In this document: one piece after another, positions 1 to 10,409 of the stretch
Layout of the letters: each line of letters begins with the position of its first letter
Numbering within the stretch: position 1 is the stretch's first letter
Source of the DNA: Dimorphilus gyrociliatus
Taxonomy: Eukaryota; Animalia; Annelida
Reading direction: 5' to 3'
Assembly: GCA_904063045.1 (NCBI GenBank)
Contig: CAJFCJ010000002.1
Location: forward strand, 186,001-250,000
Length of the DNA stretch: 64,000 nt
Made by a program: the position numbers and the translations under genes
Notes under the pieces: model-generated
Database searches by the model: none
Told to the model about the DNA's origin: nothing
Seen by the model: the letters and a program-made list of their open reading frames with translations, nothing else

Positions 1-100
1 AGAAAAATATATATATATAAGTATAATCAAATATCTTATATAATATAAACTATATATATTAGTATATATATTGAATTATTGATATTTGTTTTCTTAATCG

Positions 101-931
101 TTAAAGTTTTGATGGGGACATGTGTTTTTTCAAGAAATTAACAGTTGTATAACAAAACCAATCGTTGACATGTTTAAGATTATGGCGGCTTACTTCTATT
201 ACAGGTCCAAATTTAACATATTTTTTTCTTTGATAAATAGCTATTGCCGATATAAGTCCAATATGTCCAACTGCACCAGATATTTTATACAATTTATTCT
301 TATGTGTCCATTTGAAATTATGATAAAAAACTTTCTGATCATAAAAGTAATCTACCTCAGTTATTGAATGACTACTATCTAGTTGATCTACGAATTCGTA
401 CAGCGGAATATAGAAATAATCTTCAACTTCTTCGTTTATTACGGGAGTAAAGTTATCCGGAACTAAACCAAATATTGACCAGGAAAGATAAAAATGCGTC
501 TGCTTGTTTGTGCTAAATATCATTGGGAGAGGCTTAGCTCCACCAATAATATCAAAGTCTTCCATTGGCAAACCGATCTCTTCGTAGGCTTCTCTCTTTG
601 CTGCCTCAATCTCGGTTTCGCCATCATCAATCATTCCACCAGCAGGTACAACCCAACCCTTTGACAAGGTTACACTCGATGAACGAATTGTACATAACAT
701 ATGAGGATGGCCTTCAATCATCTTTATTAAAATTGCGTAACAGGAAGAGTTGGCCAAACCTCTTAGAGCTTTGCCTTTCTCGCCAGCTAAAGTAAACTCC
801 TCACATTGGAAGTTATCTCTTAGAACTCTTCGTATATAATCTTTTGTAACAGTTGGGTGAAAATATCTCTTTTGAGTTACGAAAGTAGACATTATTCTTC
901 TAGGTAATAACAGTGAGCGAGATCGAAACAT
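101..931 (-). CDS. Nudix hydrolase, CoA-diphosphatase (NUDT7/NUDT8) type, intronless, 276 aa
   Basis: Complete Nudix box GMIDDGETEIEAAKREAYEEIGL, preceded by a degenerate NUDT7/8 motif (LCTIRSS...KGWVVPAGG). Arg-rich, acid-free N-terminus and C-terminal SKL. Confidence 0.85.
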   Translation of the reverse strand: MFRSRSLLLPRRIMSTFVTQKRYFHPTVTKDYIRRVLRDNFQCEEFTLAGEKGKALRGLANSSCYAILIKMIEGHPHMLCTIRSSSVTLSKGWVVPAGGMIDDGETEIEAAKREAYEEIGLPMEDFDIIGGAKPLPMIFSTNKQTHFYLSWSIFGLVPDNFTPVINEEVEDYFYIPLYEFVDQLDSSHSITEVDYFYDQKVFYHNFKWTHKNKLYKISGAVGHIGLISAIAIYQRKKYVKFGPVIEVSRHNLKHVNDWFCYTTVNFLKKHMSPSKL

Positions 932-976
932 GCCCTATAAAATACTCTCTCCTAGCAGACGAAAATAATTAACAAA

Positions 977-991
977 CACCAGGTGGCGCTG
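977..991 (+). promoter_or_regulatory. CTCF-like motif in a head-to-head promoter (Nudix/Mos start codons 164 bp apart)
   Basis: CACCAGGTGGCGCTG closely matches the CTCF core CCASYAGRKGGCRS and lies between two divergent ATGs. Confidence 0.55.
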
Positions 992-1095
992 TCATTTTGA
1001 AAAGTACTCTTAGTTCAAAAAGTGAGTTAATGTTCATAAACAAATTTTTAAATAAATTAACAACTGAAAAGGAAGCGTTTATAGATTTTTAAAGA

Positions 1096-2148
1096 ATGTT
1101 ATTTAGTCCTCTTTCACCAAACATCAGTAAAAGTGCTTTAACATCGATAAGAAGACGACTATCAAATGCTTCCCCGCGTATTTGTCCAACACCTCCTAGA
1201 CGGAGCTCTTTGGCTATTAATTCAATTATATATCAAAATAGGGGGCCGTCTGCTAATTTAACAACACCTACTTCTCCTGCTGTATTTAATTTCAACGAAT
1301 TGCCTAGAAAGTCAGTTACAGAGATTACCAATAGTCCTTTAAGTGCAATAAAAAATAGGCGACCTTCTATTAGATTAGAGAAACTCATTGGTGCAGGAGG
1401 ATTTGGAAAAGTGTACGCAGGAAGATGGAATGGACGGAAAGTAGCCATTAAGAAATTAAAGAAGAAGACAGCTAGAGATGAATGTATAACATCGGAAGAG
1501 TACGCTCTAAATTTTTCACACCCAAATATTGTTCGTGTATTTTGGGTAGATACAATTGATAGCTGTGAAGCAGAAACTATAATTGTTATGGAATATGCAG
1601 GAAGAAAGAATTTGCAACATATAATTGACAATTACGACGAAGTATTACCTATGAATACAAGAATAAGATATCTGACTGACTTACTGAAAGCTCTTGAATA
1701 CATGCATTCTAAAGACTTTGTTCATTTAGATGTTAAACCAGCCAATATTATTATTGATTCAGTAACAGATACTTGTAAATTGGGAGATTTTGGTTGTGTA
1801 CAAAAGCTGGGAGATTCTCACTCAGTGGAGAGTAATGTTGTTGGTACTTATGCCTACAGGGCACCAGAACTTTTTAGAGGTCAATATCCTTCTGATAAGT
1901 CTGATATATACTCTACGGGCATAAGCATGTGGCAAATGAAAGAGAGGAGAGTACCTTACGAAAATGTACATCATCATATAATAGCATTTAAAGTTGTATC
2001 TCAAAATCGAAGACCATCTATTCGACTGTTAGACTCCTCCGAAGAAGAATCCATATACAAAGACATTTTTACACAATGTTGGCAAGGAGACCCAAAAAGT
2101 AGACCGTCTGCTAAAGGTTTATTAGATGTTTTATCCCATATAAATTAG
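1096..2148 (+). CDS. MOS: Mos serine/threonine kinase, intronless, 350 aa
   Basis: LIGAGGFGKVY, VAIK, HPNIVRV, IVMEY, HLDVKPANI, KLGDFGC, GTYAYRAPEL and DIYSTGISMWQM follow Mos-specific wording. Mos genes are typically intronless. Confidence 0.85.
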   Translation: MLFSPLSPNISKSALTSIRRRLSNASPRICPTPPRRSSLAINSIIYQNRGPSANLTTPTSPAVFNFNELPRKSVTEITNSPLSAIKNRRPSIRLEKLIGAGGFGKVYAGRWNGRKVAIKKLKKKTARDECITSEEYALNFSHPNIVRVFWVDTIDSCEAETIIVMEYAGRKNLQHIIDNYDEVLPMNTRIRYLTDLLKALEYMHSKDFVHLDVKPANIIIDSVTDTCKLGDFGCVQKLGDSHSVESNVVGTYAYRAPELFRGQYPSDKSDIYSTGISMWQMKERRVPYENVHHHIIAFKVVSQNRRPSIRLLDSSEEESIYKDIFTQCWQGDPKSRPSAKGLLDVLSHIN

Positions 2149-2430
2149 TGACGTTTTGTAGATTTTTCCTAGTTGTGCCATGTTGATATTATTTGTTTTA
2201 TTGAAAGGTTTTAGATTTTTACAATTTCAAGGAAAAAATATAACATTTTTATAGATTGCTCTTTATCAATTCAATTTTTATCGCCAGAGAAAGAGAATTA
2301 AGCATTTTACCATTGATATTCCACCTTTAATGCAAATCCATACTCTGATTTTTTATAAGAATATTTAAAAATATAGGCTTACCAAGAATCAATTAATCCG
2401 CATAGCAACAGCAAACAATTAGAATCAAAA

Positions 2431-4756
2431 ATGTCATCGAAGTTCTTACCTCCGGTTGCTTTTCGGTTTTATGATAGTAGTAGATGGACCAAATCAAGTT
2501 TGGATAATTGGTCAGATATTCAACTGCAAAATTTACTAAAATTGAAAATAAATCGAGTTGCTATTGTTCAACAATTGAAAGTAGAGCACATTTTAGATTA
2601 TTTACATGACGAGGGTGTGCTAACGAGGAGAGAATGTGATTTTATTATTGGCTGCGAAAACCCAACGGACAGGGCACGGATTCTTGTTGATATTTTACCC
2701 ACAAAAACAGGTCAATGTGATTGGTACAAATTATTTAAGAAGTCTTTAATGAATCCGGATACCGATTCAGAGGATATAAAGAAGCAATACAGGATGCTAA
2801 TTGATTTTATGGAGAATACTCTATTACCTGAGCAATTACAAGTCGAAACGGAAAGACGAGGAAGTGATGCTGGAAGATTACCTTACTACAGGCCTATACC
2901 AGGTATAAGTAAATTCTGGACTGGGACGAAAGAAGCTCCTCGAACTTCAGAGACGGATGAAGAGAATGGCCGCAGTGGACGAAGAAAGAAAAAATGTTCT
3001 TTTACATTAGTAGATTTAGACGAAGCAAATGTGATATTTCCGGCCTGGTACCAATCAAAATTAACTGAGTCGGATAGACTCTTCAATCAACTGTCTCAGT
3101 CAAAAAAAGAGGAAGATAAAAAGCAGTTAAGTAGAGAAGAAACTGCATTGGAAACTATGAAAAAACTGGAATTTCTTTTTACGCTACAAAATGATGATCT
3201 ATTAACAGATGAATTTGAATTATGTTTATCCAACTTTTTCCATAAATTTGTTACGGATACTCATTACATTCCTGCATATTTAAAATATTTACACTCTCTT
3301 AAAGATTCAAATTCCATTGATATTATTGATGAAGTCTCTTCAAGAATGATAGAAATATTGAATGAACCTAAAACGAAGACTGAACGAGATTTGATCAAAA
3401 TTTTTGAAATTGTACTTGGTCTAGCAGATATCTTACTAGAAATGGGTAATGAAAACAAAGCCGAAAATCTCTTAAGAGCAGCTAAGAATCTAACAAATCC
3501 GGATGTAGTTTGGTATTATAGATTGGACGCTGTACTCATAAAAATCCACATAGACAGGGCTGAATTTAATGAAGCTAGGGCTTTAATTCAAGAATCTCCA
3601 AAGTTTGAGAAGAGCGCAATTTATGTACAAACAGCGAGGTTGAACAGAGAAGAAGGTAACCTAGAGGCCGCATTGGAATACAGTAAAAAAGCGTTAGAAG
3701 AAGCTGCTGGTGAAGAAACGTTTAAAACAGAAGATTCTATAAATGCAAAAATTGAGATGTCATTGACGGAAGCCTTAATGTGGAGGTTGAAAGACGCAGA
3801 AGAAACATCTCAAAATGCTTTTTTGGTTGCAGAAGCTAATTATGGAAAACGTCATCCAATCTTTTATAGAGCATGTTTGAACTATTTTGAAATTTTGAAG
3901 CAATTTAACAACGATATTGAATTATATAAACTCACAAAAAGACTTTTATACAGTGTTGAAACGTGTTATGATTCAGGTCTTTCTTTATTAGTAGCTGATG
4001 TTAACCGATTAATGGCAAGCATCATGATTGCCCTACAACAGGATCAATCCAAGTGAGTAAATTGTAAAGTATTATACAAGAGCAAACTTTTTATTCTTCA
4101 CTAGATGGTACAATTGTGCAACGAAAGCTGTAGAAACGGCTCAGGAACTTTATCCACCAAATCATCCTAAAATAGCATACTTTCGTGCTACACTTGCTCA
4201 ATGTCTTTACTGTGTGGGCCGTTTAGAAAACAAAAAGGAAGAACTTACATGGGCCGAAAAAGAAGCGTCTACGGTTCTGGAAATGTACCGGCTACATTGG
4301 GGTGAAGAGAGCATTAAAACAGCTTTAGCAACAGCCCTCCTAGCTCAAATTCAAACGAAATTAGGAAAGTAAGTGTGAACTATAAAGAGTTCATAATTTG
4401 CATCTAAACATGCTTAATTCCTTAGGACTGATGAAGCAAGAGCTGCTCTCGAAGTTATTGAACAACGTCACTCAAGTACATATTTACAAGTATTAATTGG
4501 TTCATTCTACAACGAAATATCCGCTCCAGTTGAAGCTATTAATATACTCAGAAAAGCTTTGCAACCTCCGCCATACACTCAAAAAGTTTTCTTGAAATGG
4601 ATTAGTAAAGCATTTGAATTGCTTAACGCACTTTTACACGCTTGTGGTAATATACAAGGAGCCTACGAAATCGAGTCAGAGTATTCAGACTGGGCAGTGG
4701 CTAACAATGAATTAAACGTTGAATGGGCAACGGTGTTTATCATTTGCGGAAAATAA
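2431..4756 (+). CDS. N-terminal CARD fused to an APPBP2-like TPR solenoid; 3 exons (2431-4052, 4105-4368, 4426-4756)
   Basis: CARD pattern LKINRVAIVQQLKVEHILDYLHDEGVLTRRE...DRARILVDILPTK. GT-AG introns of 52 and 57 nt join the frames. TPR repeats with GKRHP, PPNHPKIA and GEESIKTA signatures are collinear with APPBP2 as recalled. Confidence 0.75.
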
Positions 4757-5142
4757 TTTGTAAACCAGATAGAATGGCTTTTTTTTTTAAGAATAAAATT
4801 AACAAGCAAATAAGAATATCAATTTATTCACGTTAATATTTTGATATTACATACGTTTGATAACTGTAAAAATGACATAAAGTTTATTGATCTATATGCT
4901 ATAGGTCTAAAAATAGCGAATAAACTGCTCGTTAAATGAAAGTTGATATTGAAATAATAGTAATAGATTAATATATTAATCTACTACTCTACTTTTATGT
5001 ATTCTTTCTAAAAACAATCATCTGGATTATATGTCTCAATATACAACTAAATAATCAATGTTTTCTCATCAAGTAGATAGCAATGACGATGTGTACAAGT
5101 AGAGTTTATCTTTGTAAATAGTGATATAAGCTTAAAATGTAG

Positions 5143-8100
5143 TTAATTGCCATGTCCCGCCTTAATTTTGTTATAAATAGAAAGTAGGAGTTTTGCAAGC
5201 ATGCTGAAAACAAGTCCTACTCCAAGCAATAAAGGTAGAGCAGCTATAATTATGAGTTCTATGGTATCGAAAATAAGGACTCTGGTGTTGTTAGGTCCAG
5301 AGGGTTGAACGCCAGAAGCAATAAAAGTTGCTTCAACCATATGCATTATGCCTATTATCAACAAACCAGAAAGTCCGGCCGTTTCTAAATTCTGTGCAGA
5401 CTTTGCAGCAAAGGGTCGAAAGTGAAGATGCCATAGCAAAAATGCAAGGGAGGCGAGGGTCTGACATGTAGTGCAAGATAAGGGATCCTGTATAAAAGCT
5501 CTCATAAGTATCACAACAAGACGGCGAAAGACCAAAACACCTTCCCAATACTTGTGTGACTTATCTAAGTCTTCATAACCCTTCTTCAAAAATGGTTCTT
5601 CAACAACAAAGAGACATAGAGCTCTCAATCGTTCTGTTTCATCTAACTCTTCCAGCAAATCTGGTCTGTCTCTAGCTGTTATTGAGATATGGGAGTTTGT
5701 TCGTTGCAAAATATGTTTAAACTCCTTGAAACTGGCATGCTTTATTCCGAAATAAATTAGCATTGGTAACGGGAATAGATACGATAGCATAAACTGCTTT
5801 GGAGTAATAACATCTCTATCAAGTAACATTCTGGAGATTATAACTTGAAGAAAGAATGGTATAACATAAGCGAATGCCATAATTCCAACAAAATATTGCC
5901 ACCACTCTCCACAATTGACATTACCGTCGAAATATAAAACTGCGTTTTCTTGACCAACGTTTGTGCAAGAAAGAAGAGAGAAAATAAGAGTTGACACATT
6001 AACGTAGTTATAAATAATTATATTTAAAGCAGCAATTATCATCCTGATTTTAAAACTTGGCTCTGGGCATAAATCAGGATTGTGATTTTCTTCCAACAAT
6101 AGGTCATTCTCAGCTAATTCCTGAGTGCGTCTTCTTCTCTTTTTCCACAGCACTCTTAGCTTGACAAAAATATATCGCAATAAAACAAATAAAAGTAAGG
6201 CGACTAGAGAGAGAGTTAGCTTGCTATTTGTATATATTAATTTGCCAATACTAGTTAAACCTAAAAAAGGGCAGACTCGTACAAACGCAGCAATCGGTGC
6301 AAAACTCATTATGGTAACAATAACTGGTTGAATATGAGTGCTGATGACAGATTCGGCTCTATTTCTCCAAACAACAACCAAGGGTACTGTCTGATAGAAA
6401 TAGAATATAGATTTTATGTAACCAGCCATTGCTGCATCGTCTGAATGTGTTATTGGAACCCACAGTAGTCTTTGCATTATAAATAGTGTAATTTCCATTT
6501 GATAAGCAAAGAATAAGAAGGAGATAAAAATCGAAATAATTTCAATTATAATGAACCAACTATCAGTACATTTTTCATTTTCTCTGCAATCGGGTGAAAA
6601 TAATACCTCGGACATATCAGCTCTGCATTCTCCACACAATGGACCTACTCTGTTTGGGGCACATTCGTTGTAGCTATCGCATCTTTTTTTAGTGCAACAA
6701 TACGAATCCTGACAATTAATGAACTTAATCTCATTTTTATTCTTTTTCTTAAATCCCCAAAAGTTTTCATTAGCACCCACTTTACCTCGAGAACAAGAAC
6801 CACCATAAGGGCAACTGATGCAATCAGTTGGTGTAATAGTCAAATTTTTACTAGATAGACTTCCAAAAAGAGTTCCTCCGTCTAAACTATATGTTTGATC
6901 TGGACAAGGATCGCAAAAGAGCAAAAAATCCTTATAAACTATAGAAAGTGTTTCGCTTATGAATATTTCAGGTAAGGTATCAGTTCTCAGTTTGGATCCA
7001 ACTGGACAGGAAACTTTTATATCCTGCTCCCCTGTTAGATAGCTATCTCCAGGACTGCTATACCAGATAATTGCAAGATTGTTTGCCGTAGATTTAACTC
7101 TGAAAGTTATATTGGAGAGGATGCAATTACCGCTTAAAAAGAGTATATCTCCTGATGTAGCGTGTTCAAAAGAGTCACCATTTTCAAATTCACTATCTTT
7201 GATTGTTAATTCTCCCTCACCAGCTATTGAACCTCCGAACCAAGTTGCCGTATTGTTAATGAAAATACAATTAGTTATTTTCACTCGACTAGTTATATGA
7301 GCATATATAGCTCCACCAGCTCCCTGTCTCTGTGTTGGGGTAGGGAATGATCCTCTATGTATTAAACCTTTTGAATTCAATCTAACATGATTATTTAAGA
7401 ATTTCGTTTGATCTATTTCAATCTGTGCTCCGTAAACATAAATAGCAGCCGCACTCTCTTGATTAGTATTGTTAATGAATGTCGTTGATTTCACACGAAT
7501 AATAGATTTATCCGATAAATTTAGAGAATCTATTTGCACAACGCTACCAGCTACCACAGCCTTATTCCTTCTAAATATACATTCTTCCAAAAGTAGAATA
7601 AATCTACCTTTTTCCTTATTCTGGATATGTATAATTCCACCCAAACTGCTAGTACTATTTTCAAAGATACTGTTCGTTATACTGATAAAAGCTTGAGAAA
7701 AATCATTATTAAACACCCGAATAACGTTTAAAAGTGCCATAGCCTTCTTTATAACAGTACTTGAAATATTTAAGGAAAGGTGATTATAATTAGCAAAGTC
7801 TAAGAAATTTTGCGTATTTTCAATAGTTGTGTTAATAAAAGAAACGTGGACACTTTTAATAGTATTTTTCGTTTTTATAACAGTTCCAGCTTCAATCATA
7901 GCTGTATCCAGTAATGTTAAGGCTATAGAATTATGCGAACAATTTTCCGAACTATTCCAAAAACAATCGGGTCCTAAGATTACTCGAGAATTCACTAAAA
8001 GACTTTGACGAAGAGTTAATGATGACTTATTCTCATGCGAAAAAATTAATATTGATGAATTAATGAATTTAAGATTATTAGCTTCCAAATGAAAGTCTTT

Positions 8101-8389
8101 TATACATATTCTACAATCCTCAAAAGTGGTTCCAAAATGAGACGTATTTGTATATTGATCGCTTATTATTAAATGGCAAATATCAGGGGCTGAAGGGCAT
8201 TTAATGTTGTTATTTGAAGAGAAACTGCCCGATGACATTTCCAGAAAAGGCGTATATCCATTGTTCTCGAAATTTAAACACTCGACTCCGTAATATAAAA
8301 GGCTCGCTAAATTAAAAATTTACATTTTTACAAAGTAATAAAAGAATAAAAGTTTACAAACCTAGAATTTGTATTATTATAAACTGCAT
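5143..8389 (-). CDS. Signal peptide + PMP-like (FxxN/GGAI) beta-helix repeats + Cys-rich module + ~9-10 TM membrane protein; exons 8389-8362 and 8307-5143
   Basis: A 28-nt first exon and a 54-nt GT-AG intron extend the 1031-aa ORF to give the signal peptide MQFIIIQILASLLYYGVEC. Repeats include FINNT...AAAIYV, FLNN...GAGGAIYA and FINNTATWFGGSI. Cys module CDPCP / CISCPYGGSC / CCxxxxC / NRVGPLCGEC. TM block contains YWEGVLVFRR and RPF...NLE. Confidence 0.8.
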
Positions 8390-8861
8390 ATTAAATATAA
8401 CTAATCCTCGATATCATAAAAAATGTTTGCTATCAGCTATTTTGCTATCATTTTAAAATTGTGTCCTGGATTTTTATCATGTAATAAAGAGAAAATATTA
8501 ACAATCGTAAAAAAATAAATATTTAAACTAGTATATTTCTTACCGGTTTGTAACTATTTTCTTGAAACACTGTATAAAGATGAAGCAGTTTGATTGGATT
8601 AGCAAAGAAAAGCAAAGAAAGTCACATGTGTTTGATACATCAACTGCCCTACTATTCTAGAGTTTGGACATCGTACAAAATAAGAAACAATTTTGATTCA
8701 AGTTTCATGTTTTCACTTTTGTAATGATGCATAGAATCTGATATAGTAAAAATACCAAAGTAGAAAGATAAAGTTTGAAAAAATTAAAATATGCTGCAGT
8801 AGTTTTTTCATGTATCGTTTAAATATAAAAGTCATATTAATACCAGTTTATGAATCGAGTA

Positions 8862-9796
8862 TTACTTTTTTTTCATTGCTCCCAAGTTAGCTAGTCGGTC
8901 AGCTTCTTCATTTCCTTCAATGTTTGAATGCCCCTTAACATGCTCAAAATTTAAATCAATATTTTTAGAAACTTCAAGAAGTCGTATGAAATCATCCTTA
9001 TTCTTTACAGTTGTTCCATCAGCTAGTTTCCAACCATTTACCTGCCAGTTTGCTATCTAAAAATGTAATTTCCTTTTAGTTAATGAATGTAAAGTTTATT
9101 ATTCTACAAACCCATCTATGGAAGGAATTCTTTAGAAAGTTACTGTCGGTACGAATGGTAAGTTTAGATATTCCTTGATAATTTGCCTGTTCTACTGCTC
9201 TAATTGCTGCATGGATTTCTGCTCTATTATTCGTTTGCCTTCCTTCCAGAGGTTCAGAAAGGTTAAACTTGCTCTCCTTTCCCCAATAGACGCCAATACC
9301 CGCTTTAGCCGATTTTGATCCGTTATTAAAGCACGCACCATCTGTGTATACTACGAATCGATCATTATTACCAAAGCAAGCCCTTTTTGAATCTTCGACA
9401 TTTATTTTTGTATCATCAACAGCTGCTGCTGATTCGTCAAGCAACGGGGGCATTGGACAGGATTCGCTAAATTTTCTTTTTAACCTTCGATTTGTGAATG
9501 AACTATTTCTCGGTCTATTTGTATTCGTGGATGGATTGCTTATAAACTGCGTTGCTAATTCTCTTGTTGGAAACTTCTTAAATTGAGCTCTAGAATAGCC
9601 ATTTACTTGTTTCGAACACTCGTCCCTAATGTAGTTTAAATTCACATCAAAGGCAAAAATATAAAATTAGAACAAACCATGTATCATAGATGCCAGGAAC
9701 TCGTCCTAAACGAACCGCATAAAAAGGCATTCTTTGGATATTTACCAAGCCAAAGAGTTGTTGAAACAGGGCTGAACTCTTACGACACAACCACAT
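8862..9796 (-). CDS. RNASEH1: Ribonuclease H1; exons 9796-9678, 9625-9112, 9056-8862
   Basis: Hybrid-binding domain PFYAVRLGRVPGIYDTW|DECSKQVNGYSRAQFKKF. Catalytic motifs VYTDGAC, TNNRAEI, IRTDS, HVKGH and GNEEADRLA. Introns of 52 and 55 nt. Confidence 0.93.
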
Positions 9797-9872
9797 GGAT
9801 TGTGGGAAAAAGGCAAAAGTGTGCGATTGAGCAAATTGGAGAAACTGGTAAAAAACAATAGATGAGCAGCAT
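9780..9872 (-). other. Upstream ORF (30 codons) overlapping the first RNase H1 AUG out of frame
   Basis: ATG at 9872 to TAA at 9782-9780. It spans M1 (9796) and ends before M23 (9730). It only matters if the transcription start is upstream of 9872. Confidence 0.4.
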
Positions 9873-10267
9873 GTGTAAAAACAGAGGAAGTAATCTTATT
9901 AAAAACATCTCTTTGTCTAAGTATAGTCTAGATATATTTTTAAAGATACTTATACAATTTGATAACTGAAATTATGAATTAAAATTTTTTCAAAAACAGT
10001 AAACAAAATAGGTTAAGATCAAGGGTAAAGTTAAAATGTCAATGCCTGTACCTATGTAGACTATAATCGACATGGTTCATTGAAAAAAAGGGACAAATAT
10101 GTATTTGACTTATTTGTTGTTGGTAACTCCTAGCGGTATCCGCCTACTGGTATGATAGTGGGTCAATTCGAAAGTAACCAATAAGCGATAACCGACTACG
10201 CCATATTGCAAGGCGTAACCATATATGGAGATTTTCCCCTCAAATTCTGAATGAGGAGAATCCCAGA

Positions 10268-10275
10268 TGACGTCA
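10268..10275. promoter_or_regulatory. Palindromic CRE (TGACGTCA) in the divergent RNASEH1/Spinster promoter
   Basis: Exact TGACGTCA match about 135 bp upstream of the Spinster ORF. Confidence 0.45.
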
Positions 10276-10409
10276 CATCGGCTGATCTTTTGCTCATGAA
10301 TATTAACAACGCTATCTGAAACGACCGACGTGTGCCATTTAAACGAATTCTCTGCCGCCGGTGAGAACTATCTACACAAGGTCGGACAAACAATAATTAT
10401 TACGTAAGG

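Noticed and set aside
8862-9796. RNase H as a retroelement remnant
   Set aside because: It has an N-terminal hybrid-binding domain, spliceosomal introns and a targeting leader, with no RT, integrase or LTRs, so it is the host RNASEH1.
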